Source: a virus. From it: 64,000 nucleotides of DNA. The notes below the pieces were generated by a model. It saw only the letters and a program-made list of their open reading frames with translations, did not search any database and was not told the DNA's origin. Positions within the stretch are counted from its first letter, which is position 1; every line of letters starts with the position of its first letter. The DNA lies in IMG/VR virus record IMGVR_UViG_3300028738_000014, one strand, 5' to 3'. This document shows, piece by piece, positions 1 through 7,943 of the stretch. The translations under genes and the position numbers were made by a program.

Positions 1-1
1 G

Positions 2-138
2 GTTCTAGGGAGAAGAGTGGAATTTCTCAGGGCTCATGGATCGGTTTTAACACTGAAAATTAGTACAATAACCTGTTTAAAAACATCTTTCTACTGGAAA
101 AGTCTGAGATTACAACTAACTAATAAAAGGGGATAAGA
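2..138 (+). CDS. 3' end of an upstream gene entering the window (partial)
   Basis: Frame with no stop codon from nt 2 to TAA at 136-138; the stop lies inside a degenerate copy of the GGGG/CCCC linker. Confidence 0.2.
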
Positions 139-165
139 AAACCCCGGGTTATGAAATCAATTATG

Positions 166-201
166 TGTCCTTTAATCGATAATCTATGAAATCTATTTTT
201 G
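166..201 (+). promoter_or_regulatory. conserved promoter-like box TGTCCTTTAATCGATAATC ... TATTTTTG (copy A)
   Basis: Same box and 28-nt spacing as 6556..6591. Confidence 0.5.
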
Positions 202-221
202 TTTATCGATTTTGAAAAAGA

Positions 222-473
222 ATGGAAAAGCGGATACATATCAGTAAGATCTGGAAGATGATGGAAGAAAAGGACCGACTGGGAAAGCCGAAACCTTTTA
301 CTTTCAGGTATGCAAAAATGAACGGTGAAATTGAAACGTACAAAGATGCAACCATGACAAGTATTCACAGCAAGGGTGTAACGGTAAATATCATGCCGGC
401 AGGTGAGAAAGTTCCGCATACATTCCGTAAAATATTGATTCTAAGGTTTAACGAATTTAAAGTTTATCTATAA
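222..473 (+). CDS. hypothetical protein
   Basis: ORF in track; stop overlaps next start (TAATG coupling); preceded by conserved promoter-like box plus TATTTTTG. Confidence 0.45.
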   Translation: MEKRIHISKIWKMMEEKDRLGKPKPFTFRYAKMNGEIETYKDATMTSIHSKGVTVNIMPAGEKVPHTFRKILILRFNEFKVYL

Positions 474-1879
474 TGGCTAAGAATACAAAGGGTGCTTCTG
501 AGGTTTTTGATTTTGGTGAAAGTGCATTCCTGGCGGGTGGTGCTGCCATGGTGATCATGACCGACAGCCGGGATATGGTGGGCGATGTGAATACTCCTAC
601 CCAGGACTTTACTTTCAAAAGTGCTAAGGAACCGGTGAAGTTTGTACGACGTGGTGCAAACAATAAACTCCCCATTGAAGTGATGGAGAAAGTTTATGCC
701 CAGACTACCGTTGGTGCCAACATAGAATTTAATTCTAAGATGGCGTATGGTGATGGGATAATGGTGATGAAGAAAGTCAAGGATCCCATAACCGGTGACA
801 TAAAGCTTCAGGAACAATTGCCATCCGATTACCCTGAGATATTTAAATTTCTTGAGGACAATAATTATATCAACAGCCAACAGGAATGGGCGAATGATCT
901 ATCCGTATTTTATGAAAGTTTCTGTGAAATCATTCTGGAAGCCGGTAGCAATAAGATTTATTCTATACAACCGGTTGAATCAATAAATAGCCGTGTATCG
1001 CTGGTAAGTCCTACAAGTGGTAAAATAGAGTATCATGGGTTTTGCCTGGACTGGCCAAATGCGTCTGCAGAAAAAATAAAACTTACACCCCTGTTGGATC
1101 GTCGTATTTTCCTAATGGATTTAAAACGCCGGTTGGGATTAGAACTGGATCCTACAACGAAAAAGAAATCGGTAGTAAAGGATAAATCTTTTATGCTTCA
1201 GCTGATGCTTCCAACTCCGGGACGGTATTACAATGGTAAACCATATTGGTGGAGCATATTTACTGACTGGTATGATTTTGCATGTGCTATCCCGGCATTT
1301 AAAAAGGCATTGCTTAAGAATCAAATGGTACTGAAGTATGATGTGAAGATCAATATCACCTTCTGGGATAAACTCTTCAAACAGGAAGCAATTACTGAAC
1401 CTGAAGCAAAGAAAGTACGACGTGCAAAGTTCCTGACCGATATGAATAACTTTCTGTCAGGTGGTGAAAATGCCGGTAAATCGTTCGTCTCTCATTTTGA
1501 ATACGATAAAATTAAGGGCTATGAAATCAATGATATCATTATAAAAACCATTGATAGTTTTTTCAAAGGTGGTGAATATATTGATGACTCTGAAGAGGTG
1601 ACTAACATTATCAGTGGTGCCATGGGTGTACATCCTTCTATTGTTGGTGCCACTCCGGGCAAAGGTAAATCAATCAACGGTACTGAAGCCCGGGAACTGT
1701 TTATCATTAAACAAGCTATGATGAAACCTATTCGTGACCTGTTGGTGGCACCGCTTTACCTGGTTAAGGCAATCAATGGTTGGGATCCGGATGTATTTTT
1801 TATTATTCCGAATATAATGCTCACCACATTGGATCAGGGAACCGGGGCGGTGAAGGCAATAGGAAATCAAAAAGTTTAA
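473..1879 (+). CDS. hypothetical virion structural protein (468 aa)
   Basis: Large ORF in the co-oriented structural cluster; no recognisable motif. Confidence 0.5.
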   Translation: MAKNTKGASEVFDFGESAFLAGGAAMVIMTDSRDMVGDVNTPTQDFTFKSAKEPVKFVRRGANNKLPIEVMEKVYAQTTVGANIEFNSKMAYGDGIMVMKKVKDPITGDIKLQEQLPSDYPEIFKFLEDNNYINSQQEWANDLSVFYESFCEIILEAGSNKIYSIQPVESINSRVSLVSPTSGKIEYHGFCLDWPNASAEKIKLTPLLDRRIFLMDLKRRLGLELDPTTKKKSVVKDKSFMLQLMLPTPGRYYNGKPYWWSIFTDWYDFACAIPAFKKALLKNQMVLKYDVKINITFWDKLFKQEAITEPEAKKVRRAKFLTDMNNFLSGGENAGKSFVSHFEYDKIKGYEINDIIIKTIDSFFKGGEYIDDSEEVTNIISGAMGVHPSIVGATPGKGKSINGTEARELFIIKQAMMKPIRDLLVAPLYLVKAINGWDPDVFFIIPNIMLTTLDQGTGAVKAIGNQKV

Positions 1880-1917
1880 TTATTTACTATTTATTCATTT
1901 ACTATTTACTATTTACC

Positions 1918-2865
1918 ATGGGCGCAATCATTTCGACAATTGATCAGTTATGTAAGACTGTAAAGATAAATAAGAGTATTCCGTTTGATGTTGTGGAACC
2001 TTTCCTGACTACGGCGCGTGATATTTATCTGGTTCGGTACCTGGGTGTAGAGATGGTGGAAATACTTGAATCGGAAGAGACTCCGGAACGGGCAGTAAAA
2101 TTACTGAAGCTCGTTCAAAATGCATTGGGACCATTGGCCATTTGGTTGGGAACGGCAGAGTTATCGATACGGTTTAGTGATTCAGGGTTTACAGTATCAA
2201 AGAGTGATGCTGCAACCGGGTTTGTTCCGGCCAGTGATACAAAAATAAGCAAGGTGGAAGAAAGCCTGGAGCGTCGTGGTTTTCAATATCTGGATGCAGT
2301 GCTTGAATATCTCGAAACGAATGCAGACCTGTTTCCGGAATGGAAAGAAAGCCGGTATTATACGCTCCGGGGTGGTAACTACATTATCACTGCTACTCAG
2401 TTTCAGGAAATCGGACTGGTGGATATCGATTACAGCCGGTTGACTTTTGAAAGCCTTAGGTCAGTAATGGGAATGATTGAACTACGGTTCGTCAAAGAAC
2501 TATTGAGTGATACACTGGATACTTCTCTTCGCAGTAAATTGAACGGACTGCCTACTCCTGCAGAAATACAACTGATTGCATCCGTTCGCCGGTTCGTGGC
2601 CTGCAAAACAGCTCAGATCATAACCAGTGAAGCGAGTAAGGCTAACCGATCGGGTAGTGATGTGAAAGAATATAAACCAATTATCCGGCCATTGTATGCG
2701 GATCCGAATGATAACGGGAATTTTTTCGCTGAACAATCGGGATATTATTTCAGTAAAATACAACAGTGCCTGGTGATTTATGGTGTGGAGTTTGGAATTG
2801 TTCCCCCGGAACCGGCAATGAATTGGAATGTGTTGGAGAATAAAATTTTTAATATGGAGGGTTAA
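1918..2865 (+). CDS. hypothetical structural protein (315 aa)
   Basis: Track ORF 1780..2865 trimmed to first ATG after previous stop; followed by GC-hairpin linker. Confidence 0.5.
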   Translation: MGAIISTIDQLCKTVKINKSIPFDVVEPFLTTARDIYLVRYLGVEMVEILESEETPERAVKLLKLVQNALGPLAIWLGTAELSIRFSDSGFTVSKSDAATGFVPASDTKISKVEESLERRGFQYLDAVLEYLETNADLFPEWKESRYYTLRGGNYIITATQFQEIGLVDIDYSRLTFESLRSVMGMIELRFVKELLSDTLDTSLRSKLNGLPTPAEIQLIASVRRFVACKTAQIITSEASKANRSGSDVKEYKPIIRPLYADPNDNGNFFAEQSGYYFSKIQQCLVIYGVEFGIVPPEPAMNWNVLENKIFNMEG

Positions 2866-2867
2866 CA

Positions 2868-2920
2868 CCTCACCCCCTAACCCCCCTTTCCCAAGGGAGA
2901 GGGGGACAAGACGCAGTATC
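2868..2920 (+). repeat. GC-hairpin linker copy 1 (extended stem CCCCCC...GGGGG)
   Basis: TCACCCCCTAACCCCCCTTTCCCAAGGGAGAGGGGGACAAGACGCAGTATC. Confidence 0.7.
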
Positions 2921-2948
2921 TTTTATTTATCAACTTTAAATTATTTAT

Positions 2949-3233
2949 ATGATAGTTGCAAATGTTTCCGGAAATGAAGTTCTTTATAATGAAATTACGA
3001 AACAGTGGCATTTTATAGATGGTACAATTTCAGATAAAAATAATATTCGAGGTTGTGTTCGATGTGGAAAACTACCTACTGTTGATGGTCATGATTCGTG
3101 TATTGCAAATTTACCTGGAGTTAAAAATGCTTGTTGTGGACATGGTGTAGAGGATGGATATATTCAATTTGAAAATGGATTGGTATTAAGAGGCAGATTT
3201 TCTGTAGATCAAGATATAAAAACAATATCATAA
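2949..3233 (+). CDS. small Cys-rich protein, CxRCG...ACCGHG family (paralogue 1 of 3)
   Basis: Motif C-x-RCG-x-PT...D-x-C...ACCGHGV, near-identical to the 48577..48798 product and similar to 20177..20488. Confidence 0.55.
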   Translation: MIVANVSGNEVLYNEITKQWHFIDGTISDKNNIRGCVRCGKLPTVDGHDSCIANLPGVKNACCGHGVEDGYIQFENGLVLRGRFSVDQDIKTIS

Positions 3234-3243
3234 TCAACCAATC

Positions 3244-4071
3244 ATGAGAATATTACATATTGAAAATTATAACTATCCGCTTCCGGAGAGCCTGAATGAG
3301 ATGACAACTGATCAGTTGATATTTCTTTCGAAGTTGGTGGATAAGGTGATTCCTATTCAGGAGGTAAAGGTGAAGATGTTGTTTTGCTGTCTGGGTGCGA
3401 AGGTGAAGCGAATGAAGAATGCAGGGTATTACCGTATCCGGATTGAAAAGTTCGTATTTGCCATGACGGTGGAACAGGTGGCTGAAGTATCCGGTGCGTT
3501 TGATTATTTGTTTACTGATCCGGATAAAGAGGGACGTTGTTTTTTTGACTGCCGGTTAACGGTGAATCCATTCCCGAAAGTGAAGTTAGGATACAGAATA
3601 ATATTTGGTCCTGCCGATGCATTGACTGACATTTGCTATAACCGGTATATTTATCTGGAATCGTATCATTCGGTCATGGAGAATAAACCGGAGGCTGTAT
3701 ATGCTTTTTTGGGATGCTTGTTTACCGACCCGCTCGCGAAAAAGCGAACGGGTCGAAATGAGTTTGATCCGAACAATCTACGCCTGGAACTTATGCAGAA
3801 AATAAAGCCGGAGGTAGTAGTATTGATGTGTTGGTATTACCTGGGAAGTATCCGGTTTATTGCGGATAAGTTTCCACGGATATTTAGTGGTGACGGTGAA
3901 GTAAGTACCGGAAGTGCATACGATGGACAACAGAAACTTATTGACTTTATTGCCAAAGGTGATCCGGCAAAGAAGAGAATGAATAAAGAAGATAATCTAT
4001 ATGATATATTGTATTCGTTGGATTATATGCTGGAGAAAGAGGAAGAGAAGACAACGACCCCCAACCCCTAA
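3244..4071 (+). CDS. hypothetical structural protein
   Basis: ORF; C-terminus TTTPNP is encoded by the hairpin linker, TAA stop = hairpin loop. Confidence 0.5.
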   Translation: MRILHIENYNYPLPESLNEMTTDQLIFLSKLVDKVIPIQEVKVKMLFCCLGAKVKRMKNAGYYRIRIEKFVFAMTVEQVAEVSGAFDYLFTDPDKEGRCFFDCRLTVNPFPKVKLGYRIIFGPADALTDICYNRYIYLESYHSVMENKPEAVYAFLGCLFTDPLAKKRTGRNEFDPNNLRLELMQKIKPEVVVLMCWYYLGSIRFIADKFPRIFSGDGEVSTGSAYDGQQKLIDFIAKGDPAKKRMNKEDNLYDILYSLDYMLEKEEEKTTTPNP

Positions 4072-4095
4072 AGGGGGGTAAGACAAGAGAATAGT
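4052..4095 (+). repeat. GC-hairpin linker copy 2
   Basis: ACGACCCCCAACCCCTAAAGGGGGGTAAGACAAGAGAATAG. Confidence 0.7.
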
Positions 4096-4116
4096 TTGTA
4101 TAGTTTGATTTTTTTC

Positions 4117-4160
4117 GCCCTGTACTGGTCTGTGAAGATAGGTACAGGGTCTTTTTTTTT
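4117..4160 (+). terminator. intrinsic terminator
   Basis: 8-bp stem CCCTGTAC/GTACAGGG followed by T9. Confidence 0.7.
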
Positions 4161-4218
4161 GTTGTTAATAAATTTACATATCTTTGCAGAATAATATTTA
4201 TTAACCCTATAAAATAAA

Positions 4219-4581
4219 ATGTTTATGAAAAAAATTATGTTAGTGGCTGTAATGGTGATGTTTTATTTAAGTATTTTTTCTCAATCACCAACTGATTCGA
4301 TTAAGGCTAAATTTATGTATTGCGAAATTGTAGGCACTGGAAGTTTATTTAGTACTAAAGTAAAGATTGAAATTGATTATGGTCAGGAAGTAAGTTTTTG
4401 GAATCAAGCTAATGGAAGAACATTGAAAGATGAAACGGGAAATTCTATTAAATTTAATTCAATGGTTGATGCGTTGAATTTTATGGGGACTAAAGGATGG
4501 GAGTTTGTTCAGGCATACAACGTGCTTAAATCTAATCAGGATGTATATCATTGGTTATTAAAACAAGAGATAAAAAAATAA
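4219..4581 (+). CDS. secreted/exported small protein (moron)
   Basis: N-terminal hydrophobic signal peptide MKKIMLVAVMVMFYLSIFSQ; own TATCTTTG promoter box at 4181-4188; terminator upstream. Confidence 0.55.
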   Translation: MFMKKIMLVAVMVMFYLSIFSQSPTDSIKAKFMYCEIVGTGSLFSTKVKIEIDYGQEVSFWNQANGRTLKDETGNSIKFNSMVDALNFMGTKGWEFVQAYNVLKSNQDVYHWLLKQEIKK

Positions 4582-4601
4582 ACTTTTAATCATAAAAAAC
4601 T

Positions 4602-5087
4602 ATGATTTGGATTATCATTATCATTACTGTAGCTATGCTTTTTCTTTTTATACAATCAAAAAAACCAGTTTATACAAATGAACCAGAACCGGAACCTTAT
4701 GTCCATCGTGATTTTAGAACTGAGGCTATATTGAGAAATATAGAGTATATGGGTGACCCTGCCAAAGAGGTTGGTGATTTTACTATTGATGTTAAAGGTT
4801 TATTTTATAGAACCAAGAAAGCTCAGTTACGTGCATGTGAACTTGCTGAAACAGAAATATTGTTTTTAGAAATAGACAATAGAAATCAGCATGATAAAAA
4901 TGCTATAAAAGTAAAAACGTTTGATGATATTTTTATTGGATATGTAGATGAATTTTATTCAAAGAAAGTTCGTCAAATGATTGATTCTAATTTTGAAATA
5001 GATTGTTTTGTAAGTTCTGTTTCATTGGATGATATACCATATGTCTCTATGCAATTATATTATTCTGGAAATAAACAACTAATTTAA
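4602..5087 (+). CDS. membrane-anchored protein
   Basis: N-terminal TM segment IWIIIIITVAMLFLFI. Confidence 0.5.
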   Translation: MIWIIIIITVAMLFLFIQSKKPVYTNEPEPEPYVHRDFRTEAILRNIEYMGDPAKEVGDFTIDVKGLFYRTKKAQLRACELAETEILFLEIDNRNQHDKNAIKVKTFDDIFIGYVDEFYSKKVRQMIDSNFEIDCFVSSVSLDDIPYVSMQLYYSGNKQLI

Positions 5088-5167
5088 AAAATAATTGTAT
5101 TTTTATTTGGTAGATAAAAAAAAGTTTCGCACTTTTGCATCGCTGAATACAATTATAGGGCTTTAGG

Positions 5168-5191
5168 CCCACCAAACGAGGTGGTTTTTTT
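5168..5191 (+). terminator. intrinsic terminator
   Basis: CCACC-AAACGA-GGTGG followed by T7. Confidence 0.6.
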
Positions 5192-5277
5192 ATGCCAAAA
5201 AATGAAACTTATTTAAAATATGGCGATGCCATATATCGAGCCGCTTAGAACGGTAATTGCCCTATGGTGTATTCAGC

Positions 5278-5302
5278 AGCGATATATGAGCATCGCTTTT
5301 TT
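5278..5302 (+). terminator. intrinsic terminator
   Basis: AGCGAT-ATATGAGC-ATCGCT followed by T6. Confidence 0.6.
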
Positions 5303-5334
5303 ATGCTCTAAAACTAAATGCTGAATACACCAAA

Positions 5335-5571
5335 ATGACAACAACCACCATCCGCAGGCTACGTCCTGCAAAGCCTGTCAAGGGCAAAACAGTAAGCAGT
5401 GTAGAATCACTTGCCTTTCTGCGTGAATTTTATCTGGAAGTAAAACGCGAAATCAAAAAGCGCGAAACAATTATGATGAATGGCAGTCGTACCCCTGATT
5501 GTGATTCTGTGTCTTTTCTTGGTGAGAACTTTAGCCTGACTATTGATTTTAAAGAAAAATTCAGAGTATGA
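5335..5571 (+). CDS. hypothetical small basic protein
   Basis: ORF; 4-nt overlap with next ORF. Confidence 0.4.
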   Translation: MTTTTIRRLRPAKPVKGKTVSSVESLAFLREFYLEVKREIKKRETIMMNGSRTPDCDSVSFLGENFSLTIDFKEKFRV

Positions 5572-5849
5572 CAATTATCAATGGAATGGAAGTACGCGAC
5601 GAATTGATCGACTTACTTAAGAACTGGGCACCTTATAACGAAGATTGTGAAAGCCATGTTGATTCGGCTATTGAAAGTCTGTTTGAATTAAATGATTATC
5701 TGATCGGTGCCCTGACAGAGGTAGTGACTGATGATATTGTACGAATGAGAGAAATCAGTAATTACCTCATTAACGTGAAATCACTCAAGGATGATTTGAA
5801 AGAATTGAACGGAATATTGAAAGTTTGTAAAATTGAAAGGAAAAAATGA
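5568..5849 (+). CDS. hypothetical protein
   Basis: ORF translationally coupled to 5335..5571. Confidence 0.45.
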   Translation: MTIINGMEVRDELIDLLKNWAPYNEDCESHVDSAIESLFELNDYLIGALTEVVTDDIVRMREISNYLINVKSLKDDLKELNGILKVCKIERKK

Positions 5850-5958
5850 TGATTGAATAGTTAATCATTTATAAATATAAATTGTATATACTTGATTAAC
5901 AATTGATTACATTATCTTTATATCGAAATTAAACTATAAATCTTTTAAATCAATCAAA

Positions 5959-6504
5959 ATGGAAACAAAAATTATTTCATTTGAAGAAAACAACATTACC
6001 TTTTTACTTTCAAAAGATAATGGAATGATGATTAATGCCACCGAAATGGCAAAGATATTTGGTAAACAAGTTAATGAATTCATGTCAAATGAAAGTACAA
6101 TTCTATTTGTTAAAGAAGCTTTAAATAACGGGAATTCCCGTTATATTAACATTTCAAATCAAGATGAATTGTATCGTACGAATCAAAAATCTGGAACATT
6201 TATGCACCGAATTTTAGCTTTGAAATTTGCAGCCTGGTTAAGTCCTAAATTTGAATTATGGATCTATTCCACCATTGAAAAATTACTATTCGGTAAACAC
6301 GTTGACAGGGAACAATCTTTTGAAAGAACATTATCCTTACAGAAGGAATTAGATATTCTGAGAGATAAGCCGAATAAAACAGGTGCAGATTTTGAAAGAT
6401 ACTTAGAAATTCAAACATTGATCCGGAGAGAAAAAACAGTCAGATCGTTGCTTACAAAAGAAAGTATAAATGAAATGGCAGATTTATTCAAAGAACAAGA
6501 ATGA
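5959..6504 (+). CDS. KilA-N/ORF6N-like domain protein (antirepressor-like)
   Basis: N-terminal NATEMAKIFGKQVNEFM resembles the ORF6N/KilA-N motif; followed by terminator. Confidence 0.45.
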   Translation: METKIISFEENNITFLLSKDNGMMINATEMAKIFGKQVNEFMSNESTILFVKEALNNGNSRYINISNQDELYRTNQKSGTFMHRILALKFAAWLSPKFELWIYSTIEKLLFGKHVDREQSFERTLSLQKELDILRDKPNKTGADFERYLEIQTLIRREKTVRSLLTKESINEMADLFKEQE

Positions 6505-6527
6505 AAAATAACTGACGATAATGAAAG

Positions 6528-6554
6528 GCCTTACAGCAATGTAGGGCTTTTTTT
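6528..6554 (+). terminator. intrinsic terminator
   Basis: GCCTTACA...TGTAGGGC stem with one G-U, then T7. Confidence 0.6.
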
Positions 6555-6555
6555 A

Positions 6556-6591
6556 TGTCCTTTAATTGATAATCGGTAGATTATATTTTTG
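6556..6591 (+). promoter_or_regulatory. conserved promoter-like box TGTCCTTTAATTGATAATC ... TATTTTTG (copy B)
   Basis: Near-identical to copy A; about 27 nt upstream of ATG 6618. Confidence 0.5.
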
Positions 6592-6617
6592 TATTCATAA
6601 ATTGATACATAAAATTT

Positions 6618-7115
6618 ATGGAAGAATATAATCATTTTGCATATGGCCTACAGATGGCTACGCGGTTGAAGGCGGTGAAGCATACGGACCAGGACAGGCG
6701 TTGGTATGAATGTGCTGAGAGCGATAACCTGATAAGCCTGATGCAACGACTGAGTAGTGTTACCGGTACGGTGATGATCGGGCTGGATGGTAAGAATTCG
6801 GATTTCGGGTATAATGATGCTGAGTCGCTGAGAAAGAAACCGCAATACTTTTTTATGATCCTGACCACTGCCCGGGCAGATGATTCGGCGGCTATACTTG
6901 CGGGTCAGGAAATGTGCGAAGGAATTGCCCTTCAGATACAGGCGCGCATGATGTTGGATAGCCGGAATTATGATAATGGATTGACAGGGTTTATTCCGGA
7001 ATCGGTAACCATTCGCGGGATTGGTCCAATGGGAGATAATCTGTTTGGGGTGATTATGGGATTTAATGAGGAACATGGAGTGGATTATCAGATTAAGGAT
7101 GAATACTGGACATAA
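6618..7115 (+). CDS. hypothetical structural protein
   Basis: ORF; conserved promoter-like box upstream; hairpin linker downstream. Confidence 0.5.
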   Translation: MEEYNHFAYGLQMATRLKAVKHTDQDRRWYECAESDNLISLMQRLSSVTGTVMIGLDGKNSDFGYNDAESLRKKPQYFFMILTTARADDSAAILAGQEMCEGIALQIQARMMLDSRNYDNGLTGFIPESVTIRGIGPMGDNLFGVIMGFNEEHGVDYQIKDEYWT

Positions 7116-7157
7116 GAACCCCCGGCCCCTAAAGGGGAGGAAGAAAAGACCAAGTTT
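7116..7157 (+). repeat. GC-hairpin linker copy 3
   Basis: GAACCCCCGGCCCCTAAAGGGGAGGAAGAAAAGACCAAGTTT. Confidence 0.7.
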
Positions 7158-7190
7158 ATGAAAAAGAATATAATTTCCAATACTAATATT

Positions 7191-7220
7191 TCTTACTCCC
7201 CTTTAGGGGATGGGGGTAAA
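7191..7220 (-). repeat. GC-hairpin linker copy 3b (inverted)
   Basis: Reverse complement reads ACCCCCATCCCCTAAAGGGGAGTAAGA. Confidence 0.6.
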
Positions 7221-7222
7221 TT

Positions 7223-7897
7223 ATGAGGCCGGAATTAACGGATATGACCGTAAGCGACTGGATAGACGCTAAGACGGGAATGAATAACAGTGCTTTCACC
7301 AGGTTGGTGAGAACTGCTAAGGCCGGGGGTATTGAGGTCCCTTCTGTCGTAGTGGCTAACTTTAATCCACGAATTACTTTTGGATCATACTCCGGTAGTG
7401 ATACAGAGGCCTACATGCGTGTAAAGGATGTGGACGCGGTGAATCTGTTTAACACAAAAGTAAAAGCGTGGGCAACAAAGGTAGAAGGCGAACTGAAACA
7501 ATCGGCAGATTCACGGTTCGGGCACCGGGTGAGTGAACTGATAACAACAGAGTTTCCCCGGTTGAGCGATTCGATTAAAACAAACCTGAGATTTGACAAA
7601 CAGTATAAACTTGAAACGCGGTCGGTAGGGTTCTCCATGGCACGACATGGTGTTTATCTCCATGAAGGAGCTGGACGTGGATTCGGAGGATTGACAGGAA
7701 GTAAGTGGACGGATAAGTACGGAACTTTGAAAACAACTGCTTCTGCCAGTGAGGGTAAAATGGGAACGGGATCCAGAAAAGCGGAACCATGGTTTAATGA
7801 TATTATCCGGAATAACGAGGAAGAACTGGCGGATATATTAGCGGAATATAGTTTGGATCTGGTACTTAATATGAATAGTATCTTTTTGCCGGAATGA
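7223..7897 (+). CDS. hypothetical structural protein
   Basis: ORF flanked by hairpin linkers. Confidence 0.5.
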   Translation: MRPELTDMTVSDWIDAKTGMNNSAFTRLVRTAKAGGIEVPSVVVANFNPRITFGSYSGSDTEAYMRVKDVDAVNLFNTKVKAWATKVEGELKQSADSRFGHRVSELITTEFPRLSDSIKTNLRFDKQYKLETRSVGFSMARHGVYLHEGAGRGFGGLTGSKWTDKYGTLKTTASASEGKMGTGSRKAEPWFNDIIRNNEEELADILAEYSLDLVLNMNSIFLPE

Positions 7898-7943
7898 AGA
7901 ACCCCCGACCCCTAAAGGGGAGGAAGAAAAGAAAACCAAGTAT
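7898..7943 (+). repeat. GC-hairpin linker copy 4
   Basis: GAACCCCCGACCCCTAAAGGGGAGGAAGAAAAGAAAACCAAGTAT. Confidence 0.7.

Noticed and set aside
120-419. Minus-strand ORF 120..419 and other antisense ORFs in the track (457..880-, 6632..7076-, 7411..7790-, 8058..8504-, 10100..10417-, 11241..11660-, 12840..13079-, 13523..13765-, 19050..19295+, 20016..20234+, 25035..25220+, 30827..31355+, 57742..58458-, 60310..60917-)
   Set aside because: Each lies entirely inside, and antisense to, a longer ORF that fits the operon polarity. Several are low-complexity mirror images of coiled-coil or Ala-rich genes.
7149-7226. 22-codon ORF between the inverted linker copies
   Set aside because: Composed largely of the repeat sequence itself. 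Noted as part of the inverted-pair finding but not called as a gene.
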